Source: a virus
Taxonomy: Duplodnaviria > Caudoviricetes
Direction: 5' to 3' (one strand)
DNA: 64,000 nucleotides
IMG/VR virus record: IMGVR_UViG_3300036770_007283
The notes under the pieces are model-generated. The model had not been told where the DNA came from, ran no database searches, and saw nothing but the letters and a program-made list of their open reading frames with translations. Position numbers and translations under genes: made by a program. Positions 1 to 10,807 of the stretch are shown here, in pieces (position 1 is the stretch's first letter; each line of letters begins with the position of its first letter).

Positions 1-3000
1 ACCCCTTGGATATAAAGGTATATCATTTAATAAAATGACAAAATCTCTTTCTGAGTTTACAACTTTTATTTTATAAAGTTTTTCAGCAACAATTGTGATT
101 GGCGTTCCAGAGTCTAAAAGTATAATCTCGCCGTCTTCTGGCCCAATCCCGACAACCTCTGAAACATTATGCTTGATAGATGGTAGTTTTGAATTTAAAA
201 TATTAAAAAATAATAAAATATTTTTATCGTATATGCGATAATAATCTTTTAAAAAGATTGCACCGCCTGGTAGCACCAAAACTTTTTTATCTAACGAATT
301 AACATCAGGGTAGGGTAATAAACTAAAGATATCCTTATCTTCACCATTTATTTTTAATCTTAGATCGGTAGATGGTGTAATATCAAATGGTAAAAAAGAA
401 TTATAAGATGTTTCAGCATTAGTAGCAGCAGGATTGAAAATCAATCCGTCTGTTTTACTATCCGGGTATACTGCCTCTAAAACATTTGTTGCATCCCCTG
501 ACGGGGTACCTATAAATCCATAAAATTTTGTTGGATCATTTAAAAAAGAATTTAAGTCTGATATGATTTCTGTACTTGAAATATCTAAGTTGGTAGTAAC
601 TTCACCAGTCAATTCATCTATGCTGTATGTTATATTATTAACATCTTTTGTGATCGCGGTACCTTGCGTATAATATCCTGGCATTGAATAATTAGAACCA
701 AAGATCTTCTCTTTTTTATCTATTGAGAATGTAAGTATTCCGCTATTACTTGGTTTAAAATTATCAATTTCAAATATAATATGGGCACCACCATCTTCTA
801 TGTGTTTGGCACTCTTTATTTTTCTTCTTTTGATAACTTCATCGCCTAGCTTAATTGTATATCTTTTTCTTAAAAATCTTTCCTTAATCCCAGAAACTAT
901 GAGCACAACCTTTCTTATTTTTTTAAAAGTATTGGGTGCTTCTAAAATAAACTGCCTATTTCCAAAGTATTCTGAAAAATTAACAGAAGAATAATATGTC
1001 TTTTCAAAAGTAGAGGAAACTACTGTATCAGTTTTCTCTACTGCTATACCCAAAACTGTTGCTGGCTCAATGAAGGCTGGTGCTTCATTACTACCCAACC
1101 TCAAAATTGCATGTGAAGTATTGTCACGTTCCACTAAATCTAATTTGGTTTCAGAACCAGTCATTTCATCGATTGAAATATTGGTAAATATAAAATAAGC
1201 TTCTCTTAAAGATTGTAATCCTGAAAAATTATAATTTCTATAATTTTTACCAGGAAATCTTAAATTTGCTTTTTTGTTACTAACTTTAAAAAAGTCTTCG
1301 CTTGTTGAAGCAGAAAAATCATATTTTATGTTTTTAGATACTAAAAATGTTCCAGCGCTAGTGTTTACTTCTATATTTTCTTCTGGCATAGAAAATTGAT
1401 GTAATATTTGCTTAGAAGCATTAGAGTTTGGTAATGCTAAATAAGCATAAACTTTTTTATCACCTTTAAATATTTTATTTTTTGATTTTAATCTTAATAC
1501 TGCACTAGAACCGTTTTTAAATAGTGGGATGCCAATAATAGGCTTAGTACCAAAGTCTAAGGAGACAATATCATCAGTATTAAATTGAGCTAATACAGTC
1601 CCTTTTGGCGGCCTAGATTCTATTATTGATGTGGAAATATAAATCTGTTCTTCATTTGATTCTTCTAATATATTTGGACATTTTAAAGTTACGCCATAAC
1701 GCTGAGATATTGGTGTAAACTCTAGTTGCTGTAAAGTATTAGGACTTATAATAATCAAAATCTCTTGTGTGGATTGTGTATAAGCAATTAATGGATTGGC
1801 TAATTGCAATGATATTTTTTTGTTATCTTCCTTACCCCTAAAGATAATTTCATTTACACAATCTAAGTTTTCACCCTTAATTAAAATATTATTTGCAATA
1901 TCAAAAGCAATAGGCGAACTATCATCAAATCCGTTTGGTATTATTTCATCAATAGTTGGTCTTTGTTTTTGCAGAGATATAACTGGCCCTATAAACTTAG
2001 TAACTTGACCAAATTTATCTGCGGCATAAAGGATAAAGTTATAAACTGAAAATGCTAAGCCATCAACGTCTATGCTTGAAAGATCTGATGCAGAAATAGT
2101 TACTTGATAAGTTTCATCTTCAGATTTAATTGGTGTTTTCTTAATCCATTTGCTTGGAGTATTTAAATAAATCTTTGGTGTAACAGATGCTAACAAATTA
2201 ATGGCACCATATGAAGCAGGGTTATAATACTTGCCCTCGTTTTTGTTATCTGCTACGCCATTATTTGAAAGTAAAATGTCTGGCCTATTTTTAATACCGA
2301 ACCAAACATAAGGATCTACATCATTGGTATATGGTAAATCAGACAAAGGATCTGCACTGGAAATTCCTGGTAAGTATTTTTCTGCCTTAGAATATATTGC
2401 TTGGTCTTTAGATGATGGAATACTTTTTTCATTAACAACCGCAGCCCTACCTTCTTCCAGCCCTAAGGTTAAAACTGGCACAGAAGTGTACTCTATTGAG
2501 GTGTCAAATGTCTTTAAAAACCTAGTTTTACCTAAGAGCCCTGACACGTTAATTGGTGATATATAAATATCAACATCTTCATCTTCTAATAGCTCAAAAT
2601 TGAAAGTGACGGAGTCAGAACCAAGTGGAAAATTATCTGGAATTTCACCAGTAATAGCGGCTAATGGTGGTGGTTTAAAGGCTTCGATTTTAATTCTATT
2701 GACCACTTGCTCAGATATAATTTCTATAAAGATCTCATCTTCTGAAGATATAGATTGGATAACCTCACCAGCAGAATTTCTGCCAGTAAGGTCCGGCATC
2801 TTGATATAGACGCGGTCATTTTTTATTGTATAATATCCGCCTAAGATAGGGTTACTTTTGGTTGAAAATAAGTCTTCTTGTGATATGTTTATCACTGGGA
2901 AAAATTCTAATACATAATCAACAACATTATTATCACCTAAATTAATTTCATCAAATCTTCTTCCTGAAATTCCAACTGTATCAAAAAATTTACCACTAGT

Positions 3001-3531
3001 AGAAAACAAAGTATCAATTATTTTAGGAAATACTTCAAATGGAATATATTTAAATTCACAAATTCTGATAACATCTGGGCTGAAAACATTAGGCTGTAAT
3101 GTTGATGAATCTTGTCCGTTATATATACAAAAATATATGTTTGGTGCTTTTCTATTGTATTCTAAGTTTCTAAAATTTTTCTTAGATATATCAAATAATA
3201 TATTGTTAACAGCAACATGAACTTTAGACAAGCTGGTTAAATTATTATTTAAATTAGTTAACTTTGCTAAATCTTCTGCTTTTTTAGTTATAATATCATC
3301 AACCTTTTTATTTGGTTGCAGCTTTAAATCTTTTACACCAATACTAACAATTGCACCGCCAGATAAAGGTAGTGTATTACCCCACTCCAATTCTGCTTTT
3401 TTAGGAAATTCTATTTTAAAAGAAGTATCTGTATTATCAGAGACAATGATTTCACCACAGTAAACTGGCTTTACTTCTATACAATCATTATTTTTTGCTT
3501 CTGGAATAACACCTTCTAAAACGCTACTCAT
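1..3531 (-). CDS. Large virion (baseplate/tail-associated) protein, partial, at least 1177 aa, running off the window edge; absent from the ORF track
   Basis: ATG at 3531, just after the stop of 3537..5816 (MSSVLEGVIPEAKNNDCIEVKPVYCGEIIVSDN...). The frame was open in every 60-nt line I translated by hand (about 14 lines spread from 3420 to 1). The product is inferred from its position after the hub and spike genes. Confidence 0.8.
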   Translation of the reverse strand, partial: MSSVLEGVIPEAKNNDCIEVKPVYCGEIIVSDNTDTSFKIEFPKKAELEWGNTLPLSGGAIVSIGVKDLKLQPNKKVDDIITKKAEDLAKLTNLNNNLTSLSKVHVAVNNILFDISKKNFRNLEYNRKAPNIYFCIYNGQDSSTLQPNVFSPDVIRICEFKYIPFEVFPKIIDTLFSTSGKFFDTVGISGRRFDEINLGDNNVVDYVLEFFPVINISQEDLFSTKSNPILGGYYTIKNDRVYIKMPDLTGRNSAGEVIQSISSEDEIFIEIISEQVVNRIKIEAFKPPPLAAITGEIPDNFPLGSDSVTFNFELLEDEDVDIYISPINVSGLLGKTRFLKTFDTSIEYTSVPVLTLGLEEGRAAVVNEKSIPSSKDQAIYSKAEKYLPGISSADPLSDLPYTNDVDPYVWFGIKNRPDILLSNNGVADNKNEGKYYNPASYGAINLLASVTPKIYLNTPSKWIKKTPIKSEDETYQVTISASDLSSIDVDGLAFSVYNFILYAADKFGQVTKFIGPVISLQKQRPTIDEIIPNGFDDSSPIAFDIANNILIKGENLDCVNEIIFRGKEDNKKISLQLANPLIAYTQSTQEILIIISPNTLQQLEFTPISQRYGVTLKCPNILEESNEEQIYISTSIIESRPPKGTVLAQFNTDDIVSLDFGTKPIIGIPLFKNGSSAVLRLKSKNKIFKGDKKVYAYLALPNSNASKQILHQFSMPEENIEVNTSAGTFLVSKNIKYDFSASTSEDFFKVSNKKANLRFPGKNYRNYNFSGLQSLREAYFIFTNISIDEMTGSETKLDLVERDNTSHAILRLGSNEAPAFIEPATVLGIAVEKTDTVVSSTFEKTYYSSVNFSEYFGNRQFILEAPNTFKKIRKVVLIVSGIKERFLRKRYTIKLGDEVIKRRKIKSAKHIEDGGAHIIFEIDNFKPSNSGILTFSIDKKEKIFGSNYSMPGYYTQGTAITKDVNNITYSIDELTGEVTTNLDISSTEIISDLNSFLNDPTKFYGFIGTPSGDATNVLEAVYPDSKTDGLIFNPAATNAETSYNSFLPFDITPSTDLRLKINGEDKDIFSLLPYPDVNSLDKKVLVLPGGAIFLKDYYRIYDKNILLFFNILNSKLPSIKHNVSEVVGIGPEDGEIILLDSGTPITIVAEKLYKIKVVNSERDFVILLNDIPLYPRG

Positions 3532-3536
3532 TTTAT

Positions 3537-5816
3537 TTAATCCCTACTTGGTGTAATAAGATTATTAATCAGACCTTTAGAATTTATGGCCTGTACCTGG
3601 CTACCTTTTAACATTATATTTTCTGTGCTCTCAATTAGAACCGCACCATCATTTCTAATGATCATCGGCTTTCCTGTTTTCATTCCTGCAATAACCAGAC
3701 CTTCTTCACTAATTGAAATAATATAATCTGATTGTGCCCCAGGATTTTCACCTGCTTCAAAGCTTGTAGCAACAAATTTTTTATCAGTTACGTTAACACG
3801 TAACTCAAAACGACCAACCGTCATTTCTCTATCTTGACTGTCAGTTCCTGGATATGTGCCACCAATATTAAAAAGAACTTCTCCATCTGTTTGAACGACA
3901 AGCGACCTGTTATTTTTATCCCTTCCTAACCAAGAAATAATTGAACCGGCAGTATCTAAAAGAATGCTTTTTTTATCATGATTATCACTACCAACTGAAA
4001 CTTCAACAGAACCTTCCATGTTTGCATGGACACTTTTCCCACCTACTGGTTTTGCCTGGCCATCCTCCCCTATATCAATAGAAACTTCATCGTTTTTAAT
4101 AGTAGAAGAAAATTGATTTGAATAATTTGGATTATTTGCCTCACTATAAAATTTTCCAGCAATAACCATCCCACCATCTTCACCGCCACCACCATGATAA
4201 ATTGCTGGTGCCTGTGGTTCTACAGCTACTACGGACATATAATTTGGCAATCCTACAGATTCTTCCTCTGTATTATAATTAGCCGGAATTGCCACCTCAA
4301 AAGGCTTGCTGTTTGACAAAACGCCTTCTGTACCAAAAGATTTTGGAATGCTAATAACTTTGATCGTATTTGCAATCAATCTTTCCGCCGCAGCATACAT
4401 ATTATGATATTTGGTTGGATTAACTCTAGATTCTGATGATTGCCCATTAGAATTTACAGATGGAAAATATCCCGACTCACCACCGCTGCTATATTTAATA
4501 CCTGTTTTTCTACTGGTTAAATTTTGAGCCCTTTTATCTGGAAAAACTATTTCACCGTTTTCATCTCTAAGCGTAACTGGAACTGGCTCTGTAATACTTG
4601 GATTAAGAACAGTAACTTCTACACCATCATCTTTTCCAGCATAATTTGCATTAGAAGCAAAAGGGATATTTCCAGTATCAGTAGAAGCAGGAATGTTTAT
4701 TTTAAGCAAGCCTTCTTTATCAATATCAAAAACAAAATTTTTAGATGATTGACAAGAATCAGTAGTTCTAGTATTGGTTGTTAATTGAAAATGATAACCC
4801 ACTCCTCGTCGGCTAATTCTGCGAGCTCGATCGTAACTAATTTCAAGATCTTTTTTTGGTACTCTATTATTTTCACTATAAATTAATGGTAGAAAATTTA
4901 TATCTAACAGGGTTCCATTAATGTCCAATAAGTTTCCTGCAATGATTTCAATCAATTCAGCTTCCGAAAGGTAGAGGGTATTACCCTGCTCTCTATGCCT
5001 AGCTTTACCAGTCAAATCTAGTAAACCAATATCTCCTGCCGCCCTGGCCACCTCTTGATCAAAGCCTGTAAAATAATTATCTGATAAAAACTCATAAAAT
5101 ACTGTTCTATGTTCTGCTAGTTCTGGATTTCTAGTTCTTCTATCATAGGTTCTTTTAGAAGGTATGCTACTAGTAAAAAATCCATATGGCACTGTTCTAA
5201 TTGCATATTCTGGATCTGCACCTAATGGAACCTCAACTATATTAGGCTTGGGCCTATGATTTCTTTTATCACTAGACATCCTTCTTACGGGGCCTGAGAT
5301 TACCCTTGATCCGCCAGTATATTCAAAATAATCTTCTACAGCTAATGTTGAGGATGTTCTATTTTGATTTCTTTTAACCCACAAGCCACCGCCATTAACA
5401 GTTGTAAACTGTAAATCACCATAGCTGTTTAATTTGATTCTAGCGCCACGCTCACCTTTGATTACCAAATCCCCTTCGGTAATTCTTGGGTATGAAGTTG
5501 TGCCATTTGGTAAGTTTAATAAAGCATCTTTTTTATAATTTGATGGATTTAATTTTTGATTAGGAATTACTGCAGCAATTAAGGTTAAGTCCCTACTATT
5601 TCCAGAGGTGTGAACAGCCAAAACTCTAGAACCAACGCTTAGCCCACGAAAGATTCCAGCATTAGAATTGCCCGCCGTATGTGGCAAAGGCACGTTTGTA
5701 ATATTTGAATCTTGATTACTATTGCCTGGGGAAATTGTACAGGTACCTGCATCATAGTTGATATCAACTATGTTGGCTTCAAATATTTGATCTGAAAATT
5801 TATTAGTTATAGCCAT
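3537..5816 (-). CDS. Putative baseplate central spike-like protein (gp5/gpV/VgrG-type N-terminal OB fold), 759 aa
   Basis: The N-terminus IVDINYDAGTCTI...NVPLPH...GIFRGLSVGSRVLAV resembles spike OB-fold starts. The C-terminus is beta-rich and the gene follows the hub gene. Confidence 0.5.
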   Translation of the reverse strand: MAITNKFSDQIFEANIVDINYDAGTCTISPGNSNQDSNITNVPLPHTAGNSNAGIFRGLSVGSRVLAVHTSGNSRDLTLIAAVIPNQKLNPSNYKKDALLNLPNGTTSYPRITEGDLVIKGERGARIKLNSYGDLQFTTVNGGGLWVKRNQNRTSSTLAVEDYFEYTGGSRVISGPVRRMSSDKRNHRPKPNIVEVPLGADPEYAIRTVPYGFFTSSIPSKRTYDRRTRNPELAEHRTVFYEFLSDNYFTGFDQEVARAAGDIGLLDLTGKARHREQGNTLYLSEAELIEIIAGNLLDINGTLLDINFLPLIYSENNRVPKKDLEISYDRARRISRRGVGYHFQLTTNTRTTDSCQSSKNFVFDIDKEGLLKINIPASTDTGNIPFASNANYAGKDDGVEVTVLNPSITEPVPVTLRDENGEIVFPDKRAQNLTSRKTGIKYSSGGESGYFPSVNSNGQSSESRVNPTKYHNMYAAAERLIANTIKVISIPKSFGTEGVLSNSKPFEVAIPANYNTEEESVGLPNYMSVVAVEPQAPAIYHGGGGEDGGMVIAGKFYSEANNPNYSNQFSSTIKNDEVSIDIGEDGQAKPVGGKSVHANMEGSVEVSVGSDNHDKKSILLDTAGSIISWLGRDKNNRSLVVQTDGEVLFNIGGTYPGTDSQDREMTVGRFELRVNVTDKKFVATSFEAGENPGAQSDYIISISEEGLVIAGMKTGKPMIIRNDGAVLIESTENIMLKGSQVQAINSKGLINNLITPSRD

Positions 5817-5835
5817 TATAATTCCGAAAGGTTAT

Positions 5836-8800
5836 TTATTGTTTTACTGTTTCCTTAAGCGCTCTTTCTATATCCAAGAGTCCTATCTCAATAATGTTAG
5901 AAACATTAATTTTGTTTGGATTTAGTGTGTAAGAAAACTCTCCAGATCTAATATCCAACCAAGTTCTTTGCTTAGGCCCACCCTTAGGGAAGATGGCATC
6001 ATAATCACTAGAATCTACTTTTTTACCGTTTATGGTTTGACTTGTTACAATTTCTGGATTTAAACATCTAAATTCTGAAGAGGTTCTATCTTTATCTAGA
6101 AACACTATTTGCTCAACAATTTTATTTATTGGTACCGCTGCTACTGGTAGTCCATTAGGCAAGGTTAATGGCGTAGTAGACTTATTATTACCAATCTGCG
6201 CTCCCATCTTATTTAAAATATTTATACCCTGGTCTAATAAATCATCAGCAACATAAGTTGGATTTTCTTGCGTTAAACTAACTGGATTCTGTAAAAGTTT
6301 TTTAAATATTTCTAGATTATTCTTTACCCTCTCTAAATCTTCTTGGCTATTATCTTTTACGAAGCCTCTTAGTAAAACTAATCTATTTCCAATTAATATT
6401 GTACTTAATTCAGCCATAATATTTACAAATCTAAGCGCATTATTTTTGTGTGATAATAACAAGTTTATATTATCTTCTGTAATATCTAATCTATCAGGAA
6501 AGACTAGTGCGCTATCTGGTTGAAGTACACGATAACTGTCATCGCCTTGTGAATTTCTATAAGTTAGATTAGTACCTACCAGTGGGTCTTTAACATATTG
6601 CTGTCCAATTACATCTAATGGGCTTGGCAAATAAGTTCCGGGTGGATGTCCAAACTCTAAGGTTAGAGTAGTGGAAAAAGAATCACCTTGTGAATAGGAG
6701 TGAGAAACTTGACGAACATAATAAATTAATTGTTTTGAAGCAACATAAACAACATCGCCAGGTTCATAATATTCATTACCAACCAACTGAATTGTACCAG
6801 TGTTGATTTTTAATCTTTGCAATTGCAATAGGAATAAGGCATATGGCCTAGATTGTGTTTCTGCATCATTAATAAATGGGGCGCCACGATTGGGTCCGCA
6901 TTTATAACCATACTGCCTACACAAATCAAAGTCAGTTGCACCAGCCCAGAAATAAGTATCATTAAAAGCATTGCTTAGAGCGGCACCTGTAATGGGGGAA
7001 TCACCAACAACGTCTACCCTGCAATAATCTGGTGGATCTTCACGAAAGGAACAAGATTTAATATCATGATCATATATAATATGTCGCTTACCAGAACCAG
7101 GGCCAAGTAAGTTTCTTTTATCATCTGCAATTAAATGATCAAACAAAGTTCCGCTGTTAGCATCACCAGTAAAAATATCGGTAATTGTTTTTGTTGTATT
7201 TTTTGCCCGGTCTAGAATATCTGTAATATAATCAAGACGTTTAAAGGTGGCATTACTTTCTAAAGATAATTCCCAAGTTACTGGTGAAATAGAAGTTAAG
7301 ATATATTCTTGGTTTGTATCAACCTGATAGCCTTTTTTATAAAGATCTGATTCTTGATAATTAGTGCTATCACTTAGTCTTTTATTTTCATTTGCAAATA
7401 TTTTTAAATAATTTTGGGAACCTAATATTTCAGAAGAAACAATGTCTTCAACTTCATCCAGCTCCCTTTGTTTCTCTGTATTTCTTTTAAGTATAGTAAC
7501 TAAATTATCTCTATTTGAAATAGTTTCTTGCAGTTTATTTAAATAATTAGATGCTTTTGTTACATTGTCTGTTTCTGAGGATTCATTATTTAATATAAAG
7601 TCTGAATCTTTAAACTTACCATTATCCGTAACCAAATCTGAAGCTGGATCTATGCCGGCTAATTTTACAAACGACTCTCTAAGATTATTAATATTGGATG
7701 CATTTGCAATTTTTATTGGATTAATATTGCTAGGCTGAATAGCAACACTTAGAACACTCTGGGTAACATTAGTATTTTCTTGAAAGACTGGATCAAACTC
7801 CCCTAGTATAGTTTCTGTATCACCAAGCAGAACATCTCCTTCGTGACCTAATCCACCAGAAATATTTAATCCTTCGCCAATTAATTGGTTGCCGGTTTGA
7901 ATGTTGTTTCCAATTCCAAAGTTAAAATTTCTAGTTCTAAGCTTAACGGCTGCTGAATCTCTGGTTTCTACACCAAAGAATTTTAAGCTAGCCTTACCTA
8001 ACCTAGATTCACTAGAAATAGTGTTGCTTGCAGACTCTTCTGGAATTAAATAAATAGATGCAGATGGATTAAAATTAGGAATCAACCCTTTATCTGGATA
8101 TCTATTTAACAGCAGGCATAGAATTACAATCCTAATGTTAAGGCTATGAATTTCTCTACGAAGTGAAGAACTTCTAGTTTGAAAAACTTCTGTCAGGAAT
8201 TCTGGCACCACCTTTCTATTTGTTTGCTTGTTAATTTCAAACAACCTCTCTAAAACTGTAAGTGGTGTCTTATTCCATTGTGGTGGCCGAAACTCTAAGT
8301 GACCTTGTGTATTACAGAAAAATTCTAAGTTAACAATGTCTGCCGCCTTAGTACATTTTTCATAAATACTGGTAAAGTTACCTTTGAATAATTTAAAACC
8401 TGATTCTCTTAGTTTAAAAATAAACGGACGAATATCACTTTGTTCATCGTATTGGTCTGAAACAATGAAAAGATTTTTATCTCGATTTAAACGAACATCT
8501 TCAATTCTTCTCTGTGCTCCAATCAAGGTCATGGCTCTTGTCAACTGATGATCTGCCGAATAATTTCCTGTAAGTGGTAAGGTTTTAGATCTTCCAAATA
8601 AATTAAAGTTTTGTGTTAACAAGTCTCTAAAGTTTGTCGCCCCGCTATCTTTCAACTTATTAATTTGCTCACGAATTCCTATTTGTATGGACTCTCTTTC
8701 AAAGGTTAACGATTTTGTAATTAAATTATTTTGATAATCATTTTTTTCTAGCTTCTGCAATAAAATATCTAACTCTATTCTTCTCTTCTGAAGTTGCCTT

Positions 8801-10803
8801 ATTTTTTCATTAACTTCGTTCCTTAAGATGCTGTTGTTTGCAGTTTGTAATAATGTCTGATTACTCAAAGTAATCATTCGGTATGGTCTGAAGTTTCCAA
8901 AGTGATTATTTTGTCTTCTAACTACATCTAGTACAGCAGACAATGGGTCTGTTGGATTTAAGGCTCCGGTTTGTTCGCTAATATTATGTGCATTATAAGC
9001 TTGAGTAATAAAGGTTTCTACGTTGTATGGTTGGCCTACAATTAGAAGGCTTAATATATTTGCAATATCCAAATTATTTAGAACATCTTGTGCAACATTT
9101 AAACCATAAGTTTGTGCTAGTAACTTTTGGGTAATTTGATTTTCATAAAAAGGATCAACCAGATTAACGCCAGCAGTTGCAGTTATAATTCCCTGCTTCC
9201 ATCGGTAAACTAATCCATTTGGATGTTGAAAAATTTTTGTACCAGATAGTGAACCACTACTATTATATTGGCCTTGTAATAAGTTTTTTTCTGTTGCAAC
9301 TTGTCCGTTTAAAATTCCGGAATCATAAAATAATAATCCGTTACTAATTAATTTTTTGTTTTCTTCTAAGAGCTGTGGGCCTCCGGCCGATAAGACTGTA
9401 CCCAGCGCATCAGTTTTTATCTCATAAGGTGTTAATGGATCTTCCAAGATCCCCTGCGGATCTTGTAATGCTGGCTGCTCCATAAAGCGTGACCACCTCA
9501 ACCAACCCATATTATCCACACAGCTTACTTCTAAGGTCCACCTACCATTGCTCCAGGCTTCAGTACTTCTTTCTATAAAGCCGCCATATACGTGACGCAT
9601 ACCAAATGAGTTGTCACAAAATTGTCTTAGCTTTTTATAGGTATCTAAATCTATTTTCCCATTGGTAAATAAAATTCTTTCTGCATCTAAAACAATTTCA
9701 TCTATGGATGAAAAACCTAAGTCAAAAGATTCTTGGTTCTTATTAAAATCTTGAACCGTCTTCTTACCTCTAATATAAAAATGTACACCATCTCCAGGGT
9801 TTATAAAAGACTTGCCCAAATAAAAAACACGTAGTCTATCTCTGATATAATGAATATCTACTGTAGAGTCTAGTCCACCCAGCCCTAATAACTCCAATCC
9901 AGCACTAACAACTAACCTTGTATCAACTGGTGGGCTAGATGGGTCTGATAGATATTTTAAGAGACCTACGGTGCCTGTGATTGCTTCCTCTATTGCTATT
10001 TCTATATCACCCTCTGTAATATGCATAATTCTATAAGGGTCTTGCAGTGAAAAGGAACCTGAGCTAGTTTGAAATGTAAGGCCACAAGACGTACTAAAGT
10101 TTGTAAAGTTTCCCAACTCTATAACACCAGTTCCTGGACCAGTCCCATAATTATCTGTATCATTAGGATCTACAACCCAAGTAGTTAATTGTAGATCGCT
10201 AGCAAATGCATTTCTTTCTAACAGCAACAGGATATCTTGCTTATATGCTTCGAACCCCACTTCTTGAATATTGTAAGATAGAAACTTACCAAGCTTCTTC
10301 CACAGGTCTGCATTCTCTAAAGTTTGTGCATCTGGCTGAATAGATAAAAACTGTGAATTGTGATATAAATCAACCAATAGTGATAGGTTAACTTCTGCAG
10401 AATCTTCTAGACTTTTTTCTAATTTTGTTAAGCTTTCATAAGATCTGATTTGCGCAACCTTATAAGCAAACAAGGCTTTTGTTGCACGTAATAAAACTTT
10501 CTCAGTTTTATCTAGCCATTGCAAATCATTATTAAACTTAAAAGTAGAAAAAGCTTTCTTTTTAATAAGAATAGAAGCATTGGGTGTAAGAGTGACTAAG
10601 TTTCTTTGCTTTAGTTGGGATGCAAAGGTTTTATCCTGACCCAATAATATATCAACACCATCATCAAATAAATTTATCTCTGATGAGGTGGGCCTTGCTA
10701 CTGATTCATAGTTTTTTCTTAAAGAATAGTCGCCACGAACTGTATTTTTTAAAATTTTATTGATATTAGAATTTATTAACTTTGAAAAATTATTAATTGC
10801 CAT
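5836..10803 (-). CDS. Putative baseplate hub protein (gp27/gpD-like) with large insertions, 1655 aa
   Basis: Hub-like C-terminal pattern TGTIQLVGNEYYEPGDVVYV...YYVRQVSHSYSQGDSFSTTLTLEFG, and an internal WTLEVSCVDNMGWL. It lies two genes after the tape measure. Confidence 0.6.
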   Translation of the reverse strand: MAINNFSKLINSNINKILKNTVRGDYSLRKNYESVARPTSSEINLFDDGVDILLGQDKTFASQLKQRNLVTLTPNASILIKKKAFSTFKFNNDLQWLDKTEKVLLRATKALFAYKVAQIRSYESLTKLEKSLEDSAEVNLSLLVDLYHNSQFLSIQPDAQTLENADLWKKLGKFLSYNIQEVGFEAYKQDILLLLERNAFASDLQLTTWVVDPNDTDNYGTGPGTGVIELGNFTNFSTSCGLTFQTSSGSFSLQDPYRIMHITEGDIEIAIEEAITGTVGLLKYLSDPSSPPVDTRLVVSAGLELLGLGGLDSTVDIHYIRDRLRVFYLGKSFINPGDGVHFYIRGKKTVQDFNKNQESFDLGFSSIDEIVLDAERILFTNGKIDLDTYKKLRQFCDNSFGMRHVYGGFIERSTEAWSNGRWTLEVSCVDNMGWLRWSRFMEQPALQDPQGILEDPLTPYEIKTDALGTVLSAGGPQLLEENKKLISNGLLFYDSGILNGQVATEKNLLQGQYNSSGSLSGTKIFQHPNGLVYRWKQGIITATAGVNLVDPFYENQITQKLLAQTYGLNVAQDVLNNLDIANILSLLIVGQPYNVETFITQAYNAHNISEQTGALNPTDPLSAVLDVVRRQNNHFGNFRPYRMITLSNQTLLQTANNSILRNEVNEKIRQLQKRRIELDILLQKLEKNDYQNNLITKSLTFERESIQIGIREQINKLKDSGATNFRDLLTQNFNLFGRSKTLPLTGNYSADHQLTRAMTLIGAQRRIEDVRLNRDKNLFIVSDQYDEQSDIRPFIFKLRESGFKLFKGNFTSIYEKCTKAADIVNLEFFCNTQGHLEFRPPQWNKTPLTVLERLFEINKQTNRKVVPEFLTEVFQTRSSSLRREIHSLNIRIVILCLLLNRYPDKGLIPNFNPSASIYLIPEESASNTISSESRLGKASLKFFGVETRDSAAVKLRTRNFNFGIGNNIQTGNQLIGEGLNISGGLGHEGDVLLGDTETILGEFDPVFQENTNVTQSVLSVAIQPSNINPIKIANASNINNLRESFVKLAGIDPASDLVTDNGKFKDSDFILNNESSETDNVTKASNYLNKLQETISNRDNLVTILKRNTEKQRELDEVEDIVSSEILGSQNYLKIFANENKRLSDSTNYQESDLYKKGYQVDTNQEYILTSISPVTWELSLESNATFKRLDYITDILDRAKNTTKTITDIFTGDANSGTLFDHLIADDKRNLLGPGSGKRHIIYDHDIKSCSFREDPPDYCRVDVVGDSPITGAALSNAFNDTYFWAGATDFDLCRQYGYKCGPNRGAPFINDAETQSRPYALFLLQLQRLKINTGTIQLVGNEYYEPGDVVYVASKQLIYYVRQVSHSYSQGDSFSTTLTLEFGHPPGTYLPSPLDVIGQQYVKDPLVGTNLTYRNSQGDDSYRVLQPDSALVFPDRLDITEDNINLLLSHKNNALRFVNIMAELSTILIGNRLVLLRGFVKDNSQEDLERVKNNLEIFKKLLQNPVSLTQENPTYVADDLLDQGINILNKMGAQIGNNKSTTPLTLPNGLPVAAVPINKIVEQIVFLDKDRTSSEFRCLNPEIVTSQTINGKKVDSSDYDAIFPKGGPKQRTWLDIRSGEFSYTLNPNKINVSNIIEIGLLDIERALKETVKQ

Positions 10804-10807
10804 TTAA

